A stretch of DNA of 64,000 nt, from positions 141,174,001-141,238,000 of the forward strand of contig NC_067401.1 in assembly GCF_016432865.1 (NCBI RefSeq), written 5' to 3'. Under the pieces are notes generated by a model, which was not told the DNA's origin, did not search any database, and saw only the letters and a list, made by a program, of their open reading frames with translations. The translations under genes were made by a program, and so were the position numbers. Source of the DNA: Antechinus flavipes (lineage: Eukaryota). Below, one piece after another: positions 52,842 through 64,000 of the stretch. Every line of letters begins with the position of its first letter. Position 1 is the stretch's first letter.

Positions 52842-53441
52842 TGTATTACTTTTGGGACTATAAGAAACAACATATCTTACCAAGAACTGAGGAACGCAGG
52901 AAAGACTTTATTTTACATTCTTGTCAGAATGAGTCTCACTTTTGAAACTTCAAAGGCAGTATTTTATTACCTATCCTGAAGCACAAGTCCCTCTCCTGAT
53001 TCCCTGTTAATTGGATATAACAGAAGTTACAGAATGAGAAGCTCCACCCTTCATGATATAGCCAGTTCCCGTCCAGAATGAGCTTACATACTTATGGGGG
53101 AAGATAACCTGAAGGGGCAAAATCTAGAGGGTTCCTGTTCAAATCTAAAACCTCTATCCTTGATTACATTCTTTGATGTCCCTGTGGGTCCCAGCCTCCC
53201 ATTTCTTAAGTTTCAATTTTCTAATTTAAGTTTCTCCAATTTAAATTTCATAACTCTGTGGAAACTAAGTCCCCATCCAAATCTCACAATTTTCTGATTT
53301 TTCCACACATGTTCCAGGTATCCATTATTGGGAAAACTTCATTATCCTGCAAAATCCCATTAGTGTGGTACTCCACCTCATTACCAGCCTAGATCCCACT
53401 ATTTGGAAGAGTAGAGTTATAAAGTACCACCAACCCCTTCA
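52842..53441 (-). mobile_element. Solo LTR (antisense)
   Basis: TG...CA ends; minus-strand AATAAA at 52907-52912; shares tttattttacattcttg and tttctaatttaagttt with the LTR at 55677. Confidence 0.55.
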
Positions 53442-53587
53442 AACTTCTTTTTGGGTATTATTTCCCTCAAATAAATTGTAAACTCTTTGAGAATAGGGGT
53501 TGTCTTTTTTTTTTTTTTTTTTTTAATAACACACTACTCCTTCCCAGCTTAGCACAATGCCTGATCCATAGTAGGTATCTACTAAAA

Positions 53588-54163
53588 TTTAATAATGATT
53601 GTCTTAGGAAGATTCTGAAGATCATCTGATAGGATAAAATACTAGACTCTGAGGTCCTTTCTTGACTTAAACTGCCAAGCATTCCAACTCTACTGCAGAG
53701 AGCACAACTCTGTTGGGTTGGCCACACTGTTCCAATGCCAAATATTCACTTGCCAAAAAAACCCCAACTTTATGAAGAACTCACACAGGGCAAGGACTCA
53801 CAAGGTGATCAGAAAAAGCGATACAAGAACACTCTCAAGATATCTCTTAAGAACTTTAGAATTAATTGTGTGACATGGGAGATACTGATACAGGACCACC
53901 CAGCCTGTCATGCCCTCATCAGGGAAGATGCTGTGCTCTTTGAGCAAAGCAGAACTGAATTAACCCCCCAAAAAACTCAAGATGTAAAAAATTAGAGAAC
54001 TCAAATGTTCATAGGGACTATTTGTGTCTGACCTGCAACAGAGCACTCCAAGCTCATATTGGTCTGATCAGCCACAGTTGGATGCACTGTTAACTAAATT
54101 CTAAACACAGTGATATCATTTTGGTCCTCTTCCAGAACGATAACCAACAACCAACCAACCAAC
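53588..54163 (+). mobile_element. RTE LINE 3' end
   Basis: ORF 53735..53995 (LYEELTQGKDSQGDQKKRYKNTLKISLKNF) is the RTE RT C-terminus; ends in a (CAAC)n tail. Confidence 0.85.
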
Positions 54164-54775
54164 TTATTAGATGCCTGACAATATTTGCTAAACACTCATT
54201 TGATTCTCAGGACAACCCTGGGAGGTAGGTACTATTATTATACCCATTTGGCAGTAAGACAGAGGTTAAGTGACTTACCCAGAGTCACACGTTATTATGA
54301 ACTCTGCTGTTCAGCTAGGCTGTCACACTGTTCCAGTGGGGTAGGCTCTTCAGCTATTGTGCTCTTCTAAAAGTGTAGTATCTATGTATTTGGTTCCAGG
54401 GCCCTATACCCAGATTTCTCTTCACCCTGTACATCGCTTCCCTCCCTTGAGTGGCAGAACTTCTACCCAGCACCTCTGATAGGGCTAGGGCACCAGTACA
54501 TATCCTTAGGACAATTAGTCTTTTTCCCTCTCAAACTCCTCAAAAGAACTTCAGTAGAGAGGTTTGGGACAAAGGCTTGAATGTAGCCTATGCCCTGGAG
54601 GTGCCTGCAATTAAGTAATTAAGAGATTCAAATCTTCTATCTTATTTGTGGTTTTCATTGTGGATTTTTTGTTTTGGTGTAAAGCCCAACACACATTCAT
54701 GACCCCAAAGGATTTTCTGGGCTGAGATATTGGGGTGGTTAGCCACTTCCTTTCAGCTCATTTTACAGATGAGGA

Positions 54776-55517
54776 TGAAGGGAGCCCCAAAACTCTCAAA
54801 TTCCTTGAAGGACAGATTCTCCTTGAATCCTGGCTTCTGTAAAAGATCCTGAGAGATGGGGCACCACCTCCATTAATAACACTTACTACTGATTAAGCTT
54901 CCTATTGAATTAAAAAGATTCATTCAATTCTATTCAAATTCAGCTCAAGCTGTACCTAGCCCTATCAAGAATTGCCCTCAGCTTGTAGCCAAAATCTTCT
55001 ATTATAAAAGAGCCAATCTTAAACTCTCTCCTTGCAGAGGACCTAATATGCCAAGGAATCTCTCTTCTTGGCATAGCAAGCCTCTGCTCGCTGGGATGAT
55101 ATTCTCTTTCAATGTTACCCTCTCTTTATCCTCACCTACTTCCCTAGCAAGACTTTATATCTCTCTGTTGGGACTTTGCCACTAAGGAATTCAGTCTTTC
55201 TATTCATGTATAGCAAAGGATGACTTCCCAATGCCTATAATAAACTTCTATCAGTCTAGCTTTTCGAGTTTGTAAACTCCTTAACGAAGGATCTCTGCAC
55301 TGCCAGAAGAGGTGGTTCCCAAAATGCCCTACACATGCGTGGAATCCCAAGGGGAATTAGGGGAGCCACACCTCTTCATTTGGTTCTCTGAACCCTGAAC
55401 CTGCCACTAACCTCACTATTTAACTCGCTGACCACCAGGAACTCTAATTTCATCATTTGGTTCCCTGAATCTAATTTCATCATTTGGTTTCTGACACCCT
55501 AAATCTAGATCTCTTCA
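54776..55517 (+). mobile_element. ERV1-type solo LTR (742 bp) inserted into a MAR1/MIR-type SINE
   Basis: TGAAG...CTTCA inverted termini; perfect 4-bp TSD AGGA; removal restores the SINE core cagatgaggaacctgagg; TATAAAA at 55003 and AATAAA at 55239. Confidence 0.85.
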
Positions 55518-55676
55518 AGGAACCTGAGGCAGAGTTAAGTAACTTGCTAGGGTTATACAGTATTTGAGGTCATATTTGAACTCAAGTCTTCCTAACTTCA
55601 GGTCCATCACTCCAACCACCACCACCACCACCACCTCTCACTCTTTCTAGGACAATAATGTTTATTTCTCATCAGA

Positions 55677-56151
55677 TGTTTTTTTCTCATTAATCTTCTG
55701 GGTTATGAGAGACAAGTGTTCAACCAAGAATTCTACAAGACTAGCCAATGAAGCCAAGATAGAATTTTATTTTACATTCTTGCAAGAGGCTAGCTAGTAA
55801 ATGGATTTAAAATCAATAAGACATGCCATTCCATATCCTCCTCTGATTTCCCATTAGTTGGGTATAGGTTATCCTGAATGCTAGTGAGTGTAAATTCATA
55901 CTTCTGGTTTCATTTCATAGTATGTTTCTTATTCTAATTTATGCTCCTCTCTATAAGTTTTGTTACCTTTGGGTTTCAGTTTCATTTCTCTGATTAAGTT
56001 TTATTTCTCTTCATTTTTCTAATTTAAGTTTCATAAACCCTTATCCAGTTCTCACATTGTCAAATCATTGACATTTTGGGGAAGTGGACTTGGGGAAATC
56101 ACTGGACTTTGGGGAAGTCTCACTGTGGCATCCTATCCTCCAATCCAAACA
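55677..56151 (-). mobile_element. Solo LTR related to 52842-53441
   Basis: Shared blocks with that LTR; minus-strand AATAAA at 55766-55771; TG...CA ends. Confidence 0.5.
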
Positions 56152-56153
56152 TA

Positions 56154-56820
56154 TGTCAGTGAAAATTTGGGGTTTATTTTATATTTAAGAATTTTAAAGA
56201 TAAATATACCTAAGTACATGACTTGCTCACTAATTAATTGCTAAGATTTCATGATTAATTGCTAAGATTTCAATTTCAGATTTTGAAGATTAGGAATGTT
56301 AATATATGTGAGTCAAACTAAAGGGAATCCCACTTTTATAACTGTCATGCCTAATTAACTGATATTTTGAGAAATGGGTTTAGTTTCTACAGAGTTACAA
56401 AACTTAGAGAAATGCAAAGCAATGAAACCTAAAGGTTAGGCTGATGTAGAGCAAAGGAAACAAAACTTATAGAGGGAAACCATAAATTATAATATGAAAG
56501 TTGCTATTAGGTATAATCAAGATGGGGGTTCACACTCTTGTGGAGGATTTAGGGATTCCCAATAGGCTGTAATTTCTGTAATACCCAGTCAATGGGGAAT
56601 ATGGAGAGCGACTTGCATTTGGGGAGGTAGGGGGCAGGGAATAAAAGTGCATGTTTTGGTGATTTTAAGATATGTCTGCTTCCAGACAACCAGTCTAGCA
56701 AGATCTTGAATAAAAAAATATTTTCTTGGCTTCAGCAGTGAGTCTGTAGAGTTTTTGATAAGAAGCTTATCCCTAATAATATAGAAGTGAAAATGAAATG
56801 CCTTTGATTTTCTGGCACAA
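56154..56820 (+). mobile_element. Probable old LTR
   Basis: Starts tgtcagtg; AATAAA near 56708 followed by U5-like sequence; right boundary unclear. Confidence 0.35.
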
Positions 56821-57959
56821 ATTTAATTGTCTCTTGTCATTGAGAGATTCTAGTATTAATCTTTGCCTAATAAAGTTGTCTCTTACTAAACAGGGAAGTA
56901 ATGCGTTAAATTAATTTTACACATATATATTTTCAAATAAGTTACACTTACTAGTTTCATCTAGACTTGTCTTTTTCTGTTCTACTCTGTATGTGGAATT
57001 ATGCATTTGTGGGGTGGTGTTCTAAAGGAAGGGGAGAGGGGGGCAAGCATTTGTTAAGCACCTTCTTTGCATCTGGCACTGTACTAAGTGCTTTACAAAT
57101 ATCTCAGTTTATCTCAACTTTGGGGAGTAAGTGCTGTAATCATCCCCATTTTACCAAGCTGAGACTGAAGTAGACAGAGGATAAGTGACTTGTTAGAATC
57201 ACACAGCTATTAAGTGTTTTGAGACTGAATTTGAACACAGTAATGATGACTTCAGGCTCAGGGCTCTACTACTGCACAAAATTATGCTGAAGTAAACAAT
57301 AAAAAAATTATTTTAAATGCAATAAAAACTTTTCTTAAGATTAAAAAAGATACAATTCAGATAAAATGCTGGCTATTCCACATTCATCCTGAAATCGGTC
57401 AGGCTAGGTCAGAAAGGAGTCTTCCACTCCTTCCCTGGGTTGATTATATGATATTCATTCTGTGTAGAGCTTGTTTGTAATAGGTGTTTGCAGTTTGTCC
57501 ATTAGCTAGTGAGCTCCTCGAGGGCAGGATCTGTCTTTTACCTTTCTTAGTATCCTCCCACTTGGCATGCACTGTGAGCTCTTATTAAGTGCTAATTGAC
57601 TCAGTGACCAAGTCACAGGCTAAACTTCTGAAACCAACTCCCAAGCCTCCAGAGGCAAAGAAGCCAAACCGATGACGTCTAATAAATAATCTCTCCAATT
57701 AATAACGGGAAACCAGTTTAACCTCCATAAATACAGCTGGTGCTTCCAGAATTATTCCCTGATGGGTTTTAGTAGGCATTGGGATCTAAATTGCTCCATC
57801 ATGCCCAGGGACCAAGTGCGGTGGAAAGGGAAGGGGAAGATGAGCGCTCACCTTCTAGTTGGAGGTCCATCTGAGCCTTTATCTATGGGCAGGGAGAATC
57901 TCTCCCCATTCCTCTATATCCCCCCAAGTTAGTCCTCTTCTCCCAAGAAATACTCAAGC

Positions 57960-58500
57960 CTTGGAGAATTCCCCTCCAGCCCGCACCCTCGGGCCTCTCT
58001 CACTTATCCCAGAACGATAACGGTTATTAACGGCAGCAAATAAACTGCTTGCTTAAGGCCTTGAGTTAGCCAAGGATAGATTGAGGTCAAACCTCGGATC
58101 TTGGAAACGTCCATGTGAGGTTTCCTAGGTAAGCACTGAACTACAACTCCCATTATCCCACGGGGCAGCCCGTACTCTCAAGGAGGGGCCTACCCTCCCC
58201 CATCTTTGAGGCCCTTGTTTCCTCAAAAGGCACCCGAATCTCGAAGACCTCCAGAGACTGTCCCTCCTCCAAGAAGACTTAGCTACGATCTTAGCTACGA
58301 TCCGCCCCTTGACCTCGTGATTTCTGGGTAGCGTAGTACGTTCTGATCACTTCTCAGAAAATGAGCCCTCCCCTTTTACCCGTTCGTTCCCTCCCTTAAA
58401 GACTACAAAGCCCAGAAAACATCGCCGGTTCCTCCTCGTCCAATAGCAGTTCCTCATGTAGCGGGGCGCGGAGCCCGGCTCTCCCAACTCAAGATGGCGG
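57960..58500 (+). promoter_or_regulatory. NMT1: NMT1 CpG-rich promoter with ACTACA (ZNF143/THAP11-type) and YY1 motifs
   Basis: actacaactccca at 58140-58152, actacaaagcccag at 58402-58415, caagatggcgg over the ATG; elevated CpG. Confidence 0.75.
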
Positions 58501-58636
58501 ATGAGAGTGAGACAGCAGTGAAGTCTCCGCCGCCGCCACCGCCACCTCCGGCGCCGCAGCTGATGGAAGGGAACGGGAATGGCCATGAGCACTGCAGCGA
58601 CTGTGAGAACGAGGAGGAGAACAGCTACAACCGGGG
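58494..58636 (+). CDS. NMT1: NMT1 (N-myristoyltransferase 1) exon 1: [48 protein letters not shown]
   Basis: Matches the recalled NMT1 N-terminus ([10 protein letters not shown]...[23 protein letters not shown]); donor GG|gtaatg, phase 2; head-to-head with DCAKD as in human. No further exon recognised in the window. Confidence 0.96.
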
Positions 58637-61600
58637 GTAATGAGTTCCTCCGAGCCCACTTCCTAATCCATCTCCTCACAACCTGGGTCTCGGGAGGTGG
58701 TGGTGGTGGGGGGGTGGTGGTGTGGGGAACAGCCCGGAGCCTTGCCTAACCCCACCTTCGTATTCTCATTTGCTAAAGCAATGGGATTCTTACTGGTGAT
58801 TGGTTACTTTCTTTGTCAATTACCAGGGGTGGGGACTATGCAATCAGGGCCTGAGACATTCAATACTCCTATTATATAAAAGTTCTCTCATATAGTATCT
58901 CTGTGTGCTACAGGCCCAACTGAGAAAGGGTGGTTTTTGTTTATATTTTTTATGGAACAACATTTTGGACCTCAATCACATCATCCTTTAAGAATCGGAA
59001 ACCTACAGAGAGATATTCCGGGGGGGAGAATAACCTATTCGCAATAAACTAGCAATAAATAGTTCTCTTTAGTGTGGTGCCTTTACCAGCGAAGAAGCCC
59101 AAGGCTTTACAAACCATAATTACATTGTAAAATAACATTTTGTATCCTTATGTTGCTACTCTTCACCACCAAATGATCCTAAGGTCCTGAAGGGCCTTAT
59201 AAACCCTAGGTGATAGTTACAACATGAGGCCCCTTGTTTGAAAGAGTCCGTAATACTCATGAGTATCATATAATTAGACATACTAACATATGTGTACCGT
59301 TATCTGTCAAAATTAGAGGCAGCCAGACGGAGATGGAGCAGCCAGCCTCCCAGATGGGCATTAATCTGGGCCCTAGTCGTACCTAGAAATCTATCAGCCT
59401 TATGAGGATTAGCAAGTCATTTAGTACTCTAGGCAGCTCTTTAAAATTTATTAGTAACAGTTGATTTGTTTCTGCTTCGGGGATGTCTATGTTGGGAATT
59501 CCCAAATAAATCGAAGATCTCGAGGGCCGGCACAGTATGGTTTTTGTCTTTGGGTTTAATGTGCCTGATCACAATCTACACTTACTAAATGTTTGTTGAG
59601 TTAAATTTATAAAATCACAGACAAAACTGTCCTAAATACTCTTTTCCACAAAATTCTAAGGGAATGGAATAGAGTTGGGCTTTAATAAACCATTGACTTT
59701 GAGTCTAATAATGCATCGTTTGTTGAACATTTTGAGGAGAATAGTAATTATTAAACTTCCTTCTTTAGCCTTAAGACTATATTATATAGTAATATCCTCA
59801 AAAAGAAGGAAATTAAGGTGGACGTTTTAGTGTGAAAGATTTTGAGCTTTCGGGAGTCAGATTTTTGTCTTAAGAGCATCTAGTCTGTTGCTTTCAAGCT
59901 ATACCATACCATTCATTTTCAGTCTATTTCAGAGTTTAAGTTCTTTGCCAAAAAGTAAAGTGGTATGTGATACTGTGATAATAGATTCCTAAAAGTCTGT
60001 GTGAGTTTTGATCATAATAAGCATGCTGATAATTTCTTGTAATGCACTTGGCCCAGCAATGAAAATCCTCCAAAATGTAAGAAAAAGATGTCAGAGTTTT
60101 AGTTTTATAATTCAAAATAATGTTTCTGTATTTCTTACTGTTATAAAAGCTTACATTTTGGCAAATGAATGGAAATGCTTAAAAGGAAGAAGCAGAACAG
60201 GAAGGAAACTGCAGTTGTCCCAGGGAGCGATTAGGGTTAGATATGAGAATTGTTGAAAGTGAGAGTCATATCTGGAGTGACAGAACTATTCTTTTTTTTT
60301 TTCTCCTTAGATAGTTTAACTTTCCTTACATTCCTTTCTGTCATTTGCATATACCACAAGGCTTCTTAAATTTTTTCCATTTATCATCCCTTTTCTCCTG
60401 AGAAATTTTTACATGACCTCAGTATAGAAATATATAAAATTGATATGCAAATCAAACATTTACTGATTAATAAATCATAATTTTATGACCCCCACATTCA
60501 ATTATGAGACCCCATATGGAGTTGTGACCCACAGTTTAAGAAGCTTTGGTTTGTAGGTCTATATAACTTTAGTTTTGTTTTCTATTTTTCTATTTCTAAA
60601 GTCCTTTTGCAAAATCTTTTCTCAAAACTTTTTGTTATTTACAGTATAACAAAGTGGCTGCTCTTTTAAAAAGTGAAATTCAGTACCTGGTTTTGTTCTG
60701 TTGGTACAAATGAGCTAACATCACTCTTTTGTATAGGAATGTGAATAAATGGAAAATGAAGGCGGCATCTTAGAAGGGAAGCACTAGTTCTGGTTCTTAG
60801 ATTTAAAAAATGTGCTTGCAACTCTTACCTGAGAATTCTTTGCTTCTGGTATAACCAGAGAAACGTTCGATTCTACCTTTATCCCACAGTTGTAACTCTT
60901 TTCAGTCCCTTTGCACAAAGTGAGAAAAGCATCACATTTCACTTCCACCTCCTTCTCTTTTTCTTTCTCCAGAGACTTATGATACAAACTTTCCGCATTT
61001 TTGAAGTGCCAAGACAATTTCATAATCTTCAGATTATTTGGAGTAGAAACCTTCTATAGAGTGTTCAGTGACAATTAATAGTAGGAAAAGATATTCCTGA
61101 AATTCTCTTAGGCCTTTTTATTGATGTTAATCATAGCACATAAGAGTTATATAAATTGTTCACTGAGTGAATGGTAACAAACTTTGAAATTCATTTAGGG
61201 AAACTATGTCTTTGAAATTATCATTTTTAATTTTTTTAAAAATTGCATGATCAAGTATTTTTGTAGATGTTCTCACATGATTTTCCTAGTAAATTGTGAG
61301 ATAATGATTTAAGGATTGATCTCACAGTAATTTTGCATTCTTTCTTAATAAAGCATAAATATTCTAAGTAAATGGAGTATAAAAATGAACCTGTTTGAAA
61401 ATTTTTTTCTTCTCGTTTTCTAGTGTTTTATTTCTTAAGAAAGATATTATTTAAATAAATAAAATTCGTATTCTTATTGTCTGAAGAGGACTTCTCCTGG
61501 ACAGATGAGGGTATTAGAGTAGATAATTTCCAAGCTCTCTTACTAAAATTAATGATAAGGTTATCTGTATACTCTGTGGTTGGGGTGATATTGTTTTGTG

Positions 61601-61934
61601 GCTGTTGTTTGTTTTTTAATGTAGAACTTCCAAAGTAATGATACAAAACATTTTATACCATAACAGAGGAAAAAATAATAATTGATGTCTTAGAATATGA
61701 GAAGGATGGATCCAATTTATTTCCTGAATTCCATAGTGATTGATATCATAAACATATACTCTAGGCTTTCTAGAAAGTTCCTCTATGCTGTTCAATGTCA
61801 AAACAGAATTATTTGTGATTTCACTTGTTACCAGTCCCATTGAAGTGTTGGTAAGCTGTCAGGTTAAAAATCCATCAACTGGAGGGCATGTATTCTTTGA
61901 CATTTTCTCTGACATAAAATGGCAACATGTTCTC

Positions 61935-62440
61935 TTAATATATATATATATTTTACAATAGCATGTTCTTTAAAATTTTTTAAAATTCAATTTTATTTTC
62001 AGTTCTGATTTTGCTCTCTCCCCAATGAGATGGTAAAAATTAAAATAAAATCCATTATTATAAGTAAAATCTATAATTATGCAAAATAAATGCACATATT
62101 AGTCATGTCCAAAAATAGAGGAAAGAGAGAAGAGAGAATATGTTTTAATTTGCAATTTCAGTCTGTTAGCTCTCTGGAGATGCATTGCAGGAGTACCTTG
62201 GAATTGTGTTTGGTCATTGTTTTGACCTGAGTTACCAAGTCTTTCAAAGTTGATTTTCTTTACAATGGAGCAGTTAATTGTTCTGCTTGTGCTCACTTTG
62301 CATAAATTTATACAGGTTTTCATTTCATTGAGCTCAGTAATATTTTACCACATGCATATACCATATTCAGCCAATCCAAAAGTAATGGACATCCTCTTAG
62401 TTTCCAATTTTTTTAGCATACAAACTCAAAATTCAGACTT
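61935..62440 (-). mobile_element. L1 3' end, antisense in NMT1 intron 1
   Basis: Reverse-complement L1 3' UTR/ORF2 tail (ctctctggagatgcattgc...ttgattttctttacaat). Confidence 0.7.
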
Positions 62441-63649
62441 GCTTACAGTATGACAAGTTATTACAAAATAAGAGCTATCTCAGCCCTTGAGCTTATTTTA
62501 CCAGAGGGATCATTTTAATTTTTCTCTACCTCTCAGTCACAAAGGTTTATCCTCTATAGAGAAGCACAAGGCAAAAAGGTCTTTTTAGAAGTTTATCATA
62601 TAAATTTGCTTTTAGTTAAGCAGTTTTGTTTTTATTCTTCAGTTGCCCCATGTGTGGTACTTCCTATAACCATCTGATGCCTTATGTATGCTTCAGGCTC
62701 ATGAAAAGCAGGAATTTTTTTTTTTGAGTCTGTTTTTCCTTTTTCCCCCCAGCATTCAGTTTTCAAAACCAGATCAAAGCAGAAACAGAGAAACCTCATT
62801 ACTGATATCAAATAAGCTTTCTAATTTTATTTCCCAATTAAGAGGAGATTTAAAAAGAAACTAATCAAGGACTGCTTCAAAGAGAAGAGAAACTCAAACA
62901 GAGAAGAAATGAGGAGTAAATGAGAATCTATTTCAGGGAGGTTGCTGCTCATGGCAAACCAGTTTTGCTGATTCTTCACATTACTTTACTAACCTGCTTG
63001 CTAGTTTTATTTCCTAGTTTTACTAAGTTAACAATGTCTTCACTGAGAGACATTGTTTAAAGGACCAAAATGTACCATGTGCTCAGAACTTAGTAACTTA
63101 ATATGTTTTACATTTTTCATAAATCCTTTAGCATTAAAGTGGTAATTTTGTTTGATAATAATCACTCAATGGTTTACCATGCACTTTGCTTACAATAGTT
63201 CTAAGGTATAGGTAGTATATACTATTTTACCTATTTATAGATGAGGAGGAAAGGTAAAATGACTTCCTCATAGTTGTACAGCTTGTATCAGAGCTAGGCT
63301 TGAACTCAGATCTCTAATCTTAAATCCAATGCTATTTGTTCTATATTGCTCTCCCTGCTTTGCTACAATTTTGCTGACTTCTTTGAAGTTAGATACTGTT
63401 GCTATCTTGGGGTTAAAAGATTCGTGCAGATAGATGCATAGCGTTCTTTCTTTTCAAGTGGATACATAGCATACTCTTTAAGCATAATGTTTAAGTGCTG
63501 ACTTTGGTAAGGAAGTCTGATTTATTTAGTGGAACTCGATTTTTATTTTAAGATGCAGTTAAAAGATCCAACCTTTGTTAGCGATTTATTTTAAGTTACT
63601 TTAAATTACAGACTAATTGTAACCTAGTTTCTCAATCTCCTCAGATCTC

Positions 63650-64000
63650 ATGAAGTCTTGCATTTCTTCTCATCTAGACATAAAAAGGTGGCTATTCCCT
63701 CAATTTTGATACATTTCTTAAGTGTGCTGTTTCAGAGATCAAAAACTGACATTCCTCAGTCTACCTGTTCAAAACCTATCATTTCTTCCTATGACTTCCC
63801 TCTCCTTCTTTGTCTTCATAACCTCCACTTTCTCTTAGTATTTTCTCAGTCCATTACCTGGATTCTGACTTTACTTTCCTCTCTTCCCAATCTCAAGTCT
63901 GTAGTTAACAAGTTCAGTTCTACATTGCTCTCTACTCAAATCCTTCATCACCTTGTATTTTGTCCCAATTGTTTTGTTACACTTTAACCCTGGATAACTG
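63650..64000 (+). mobile_element. L2 fragment
   Basis: Pyrimidine-rich L2-like body. Confidence 0.45.

Noticed and set aside
58347-58679. 110-aa ORF antisense to NMT1 exon 1
   Set aside because: Shadow of the GC-rich exon and its Pro codons.
1-64000. tRNA, rRNA, snRNA genes, CRISPR arrays, numts
   Set aside because: None recognised. The tRNA-like sequences are SINE heads or the retroviral PBS.

Overview
A 64-kb marsupial genomic window. WSINE1-type SINEs indicate an Australidelphian species, and the L1 3' UTRs look dasyurid-like (inference). It matches the mammalian C1QL1-DCAKD-NMT1 neighbourhood. It contains the complete DCAKD coding sequence on the minus strand (4 coding exons, 112+204+88+277 = 681 nt, 226 aa), its poly(A) signal and a CpG-island promoter near 42 kb. 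It also contains exon 1 of NMT1 on the plus strand at 58.5 kb, carrying an 8-proline run. The left ~15 kb has no recognisable gene but holds an orphan CpG island, enhancer-like sequence and one of a divergent pair of CTCF motifs. The rest is repeat-rich: truncated L1s (four with target-site duplications), RTE, L2, CR1, SINEs, hAT MITEs and a pile of about 10 partly nested solo LTRs between the DCAKD and NMT1 promoters. The most unusual object is a young 542-bp betaretrovirus-like (ERV2) remnant in DCAKD intron 1: full LTR, perfect tRNA-Lys PBS, a 10-mer repeat spacer and a 22-bp second LTR end, inside a perfect 6-bp TSD. Repeat family names, synteny and protein comparisons come from recall and pattern recognition, not from database searches. 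Boundaries without a TSD or splice site are approximate. I found no evidence strong enough to claim a wholly new biological system.
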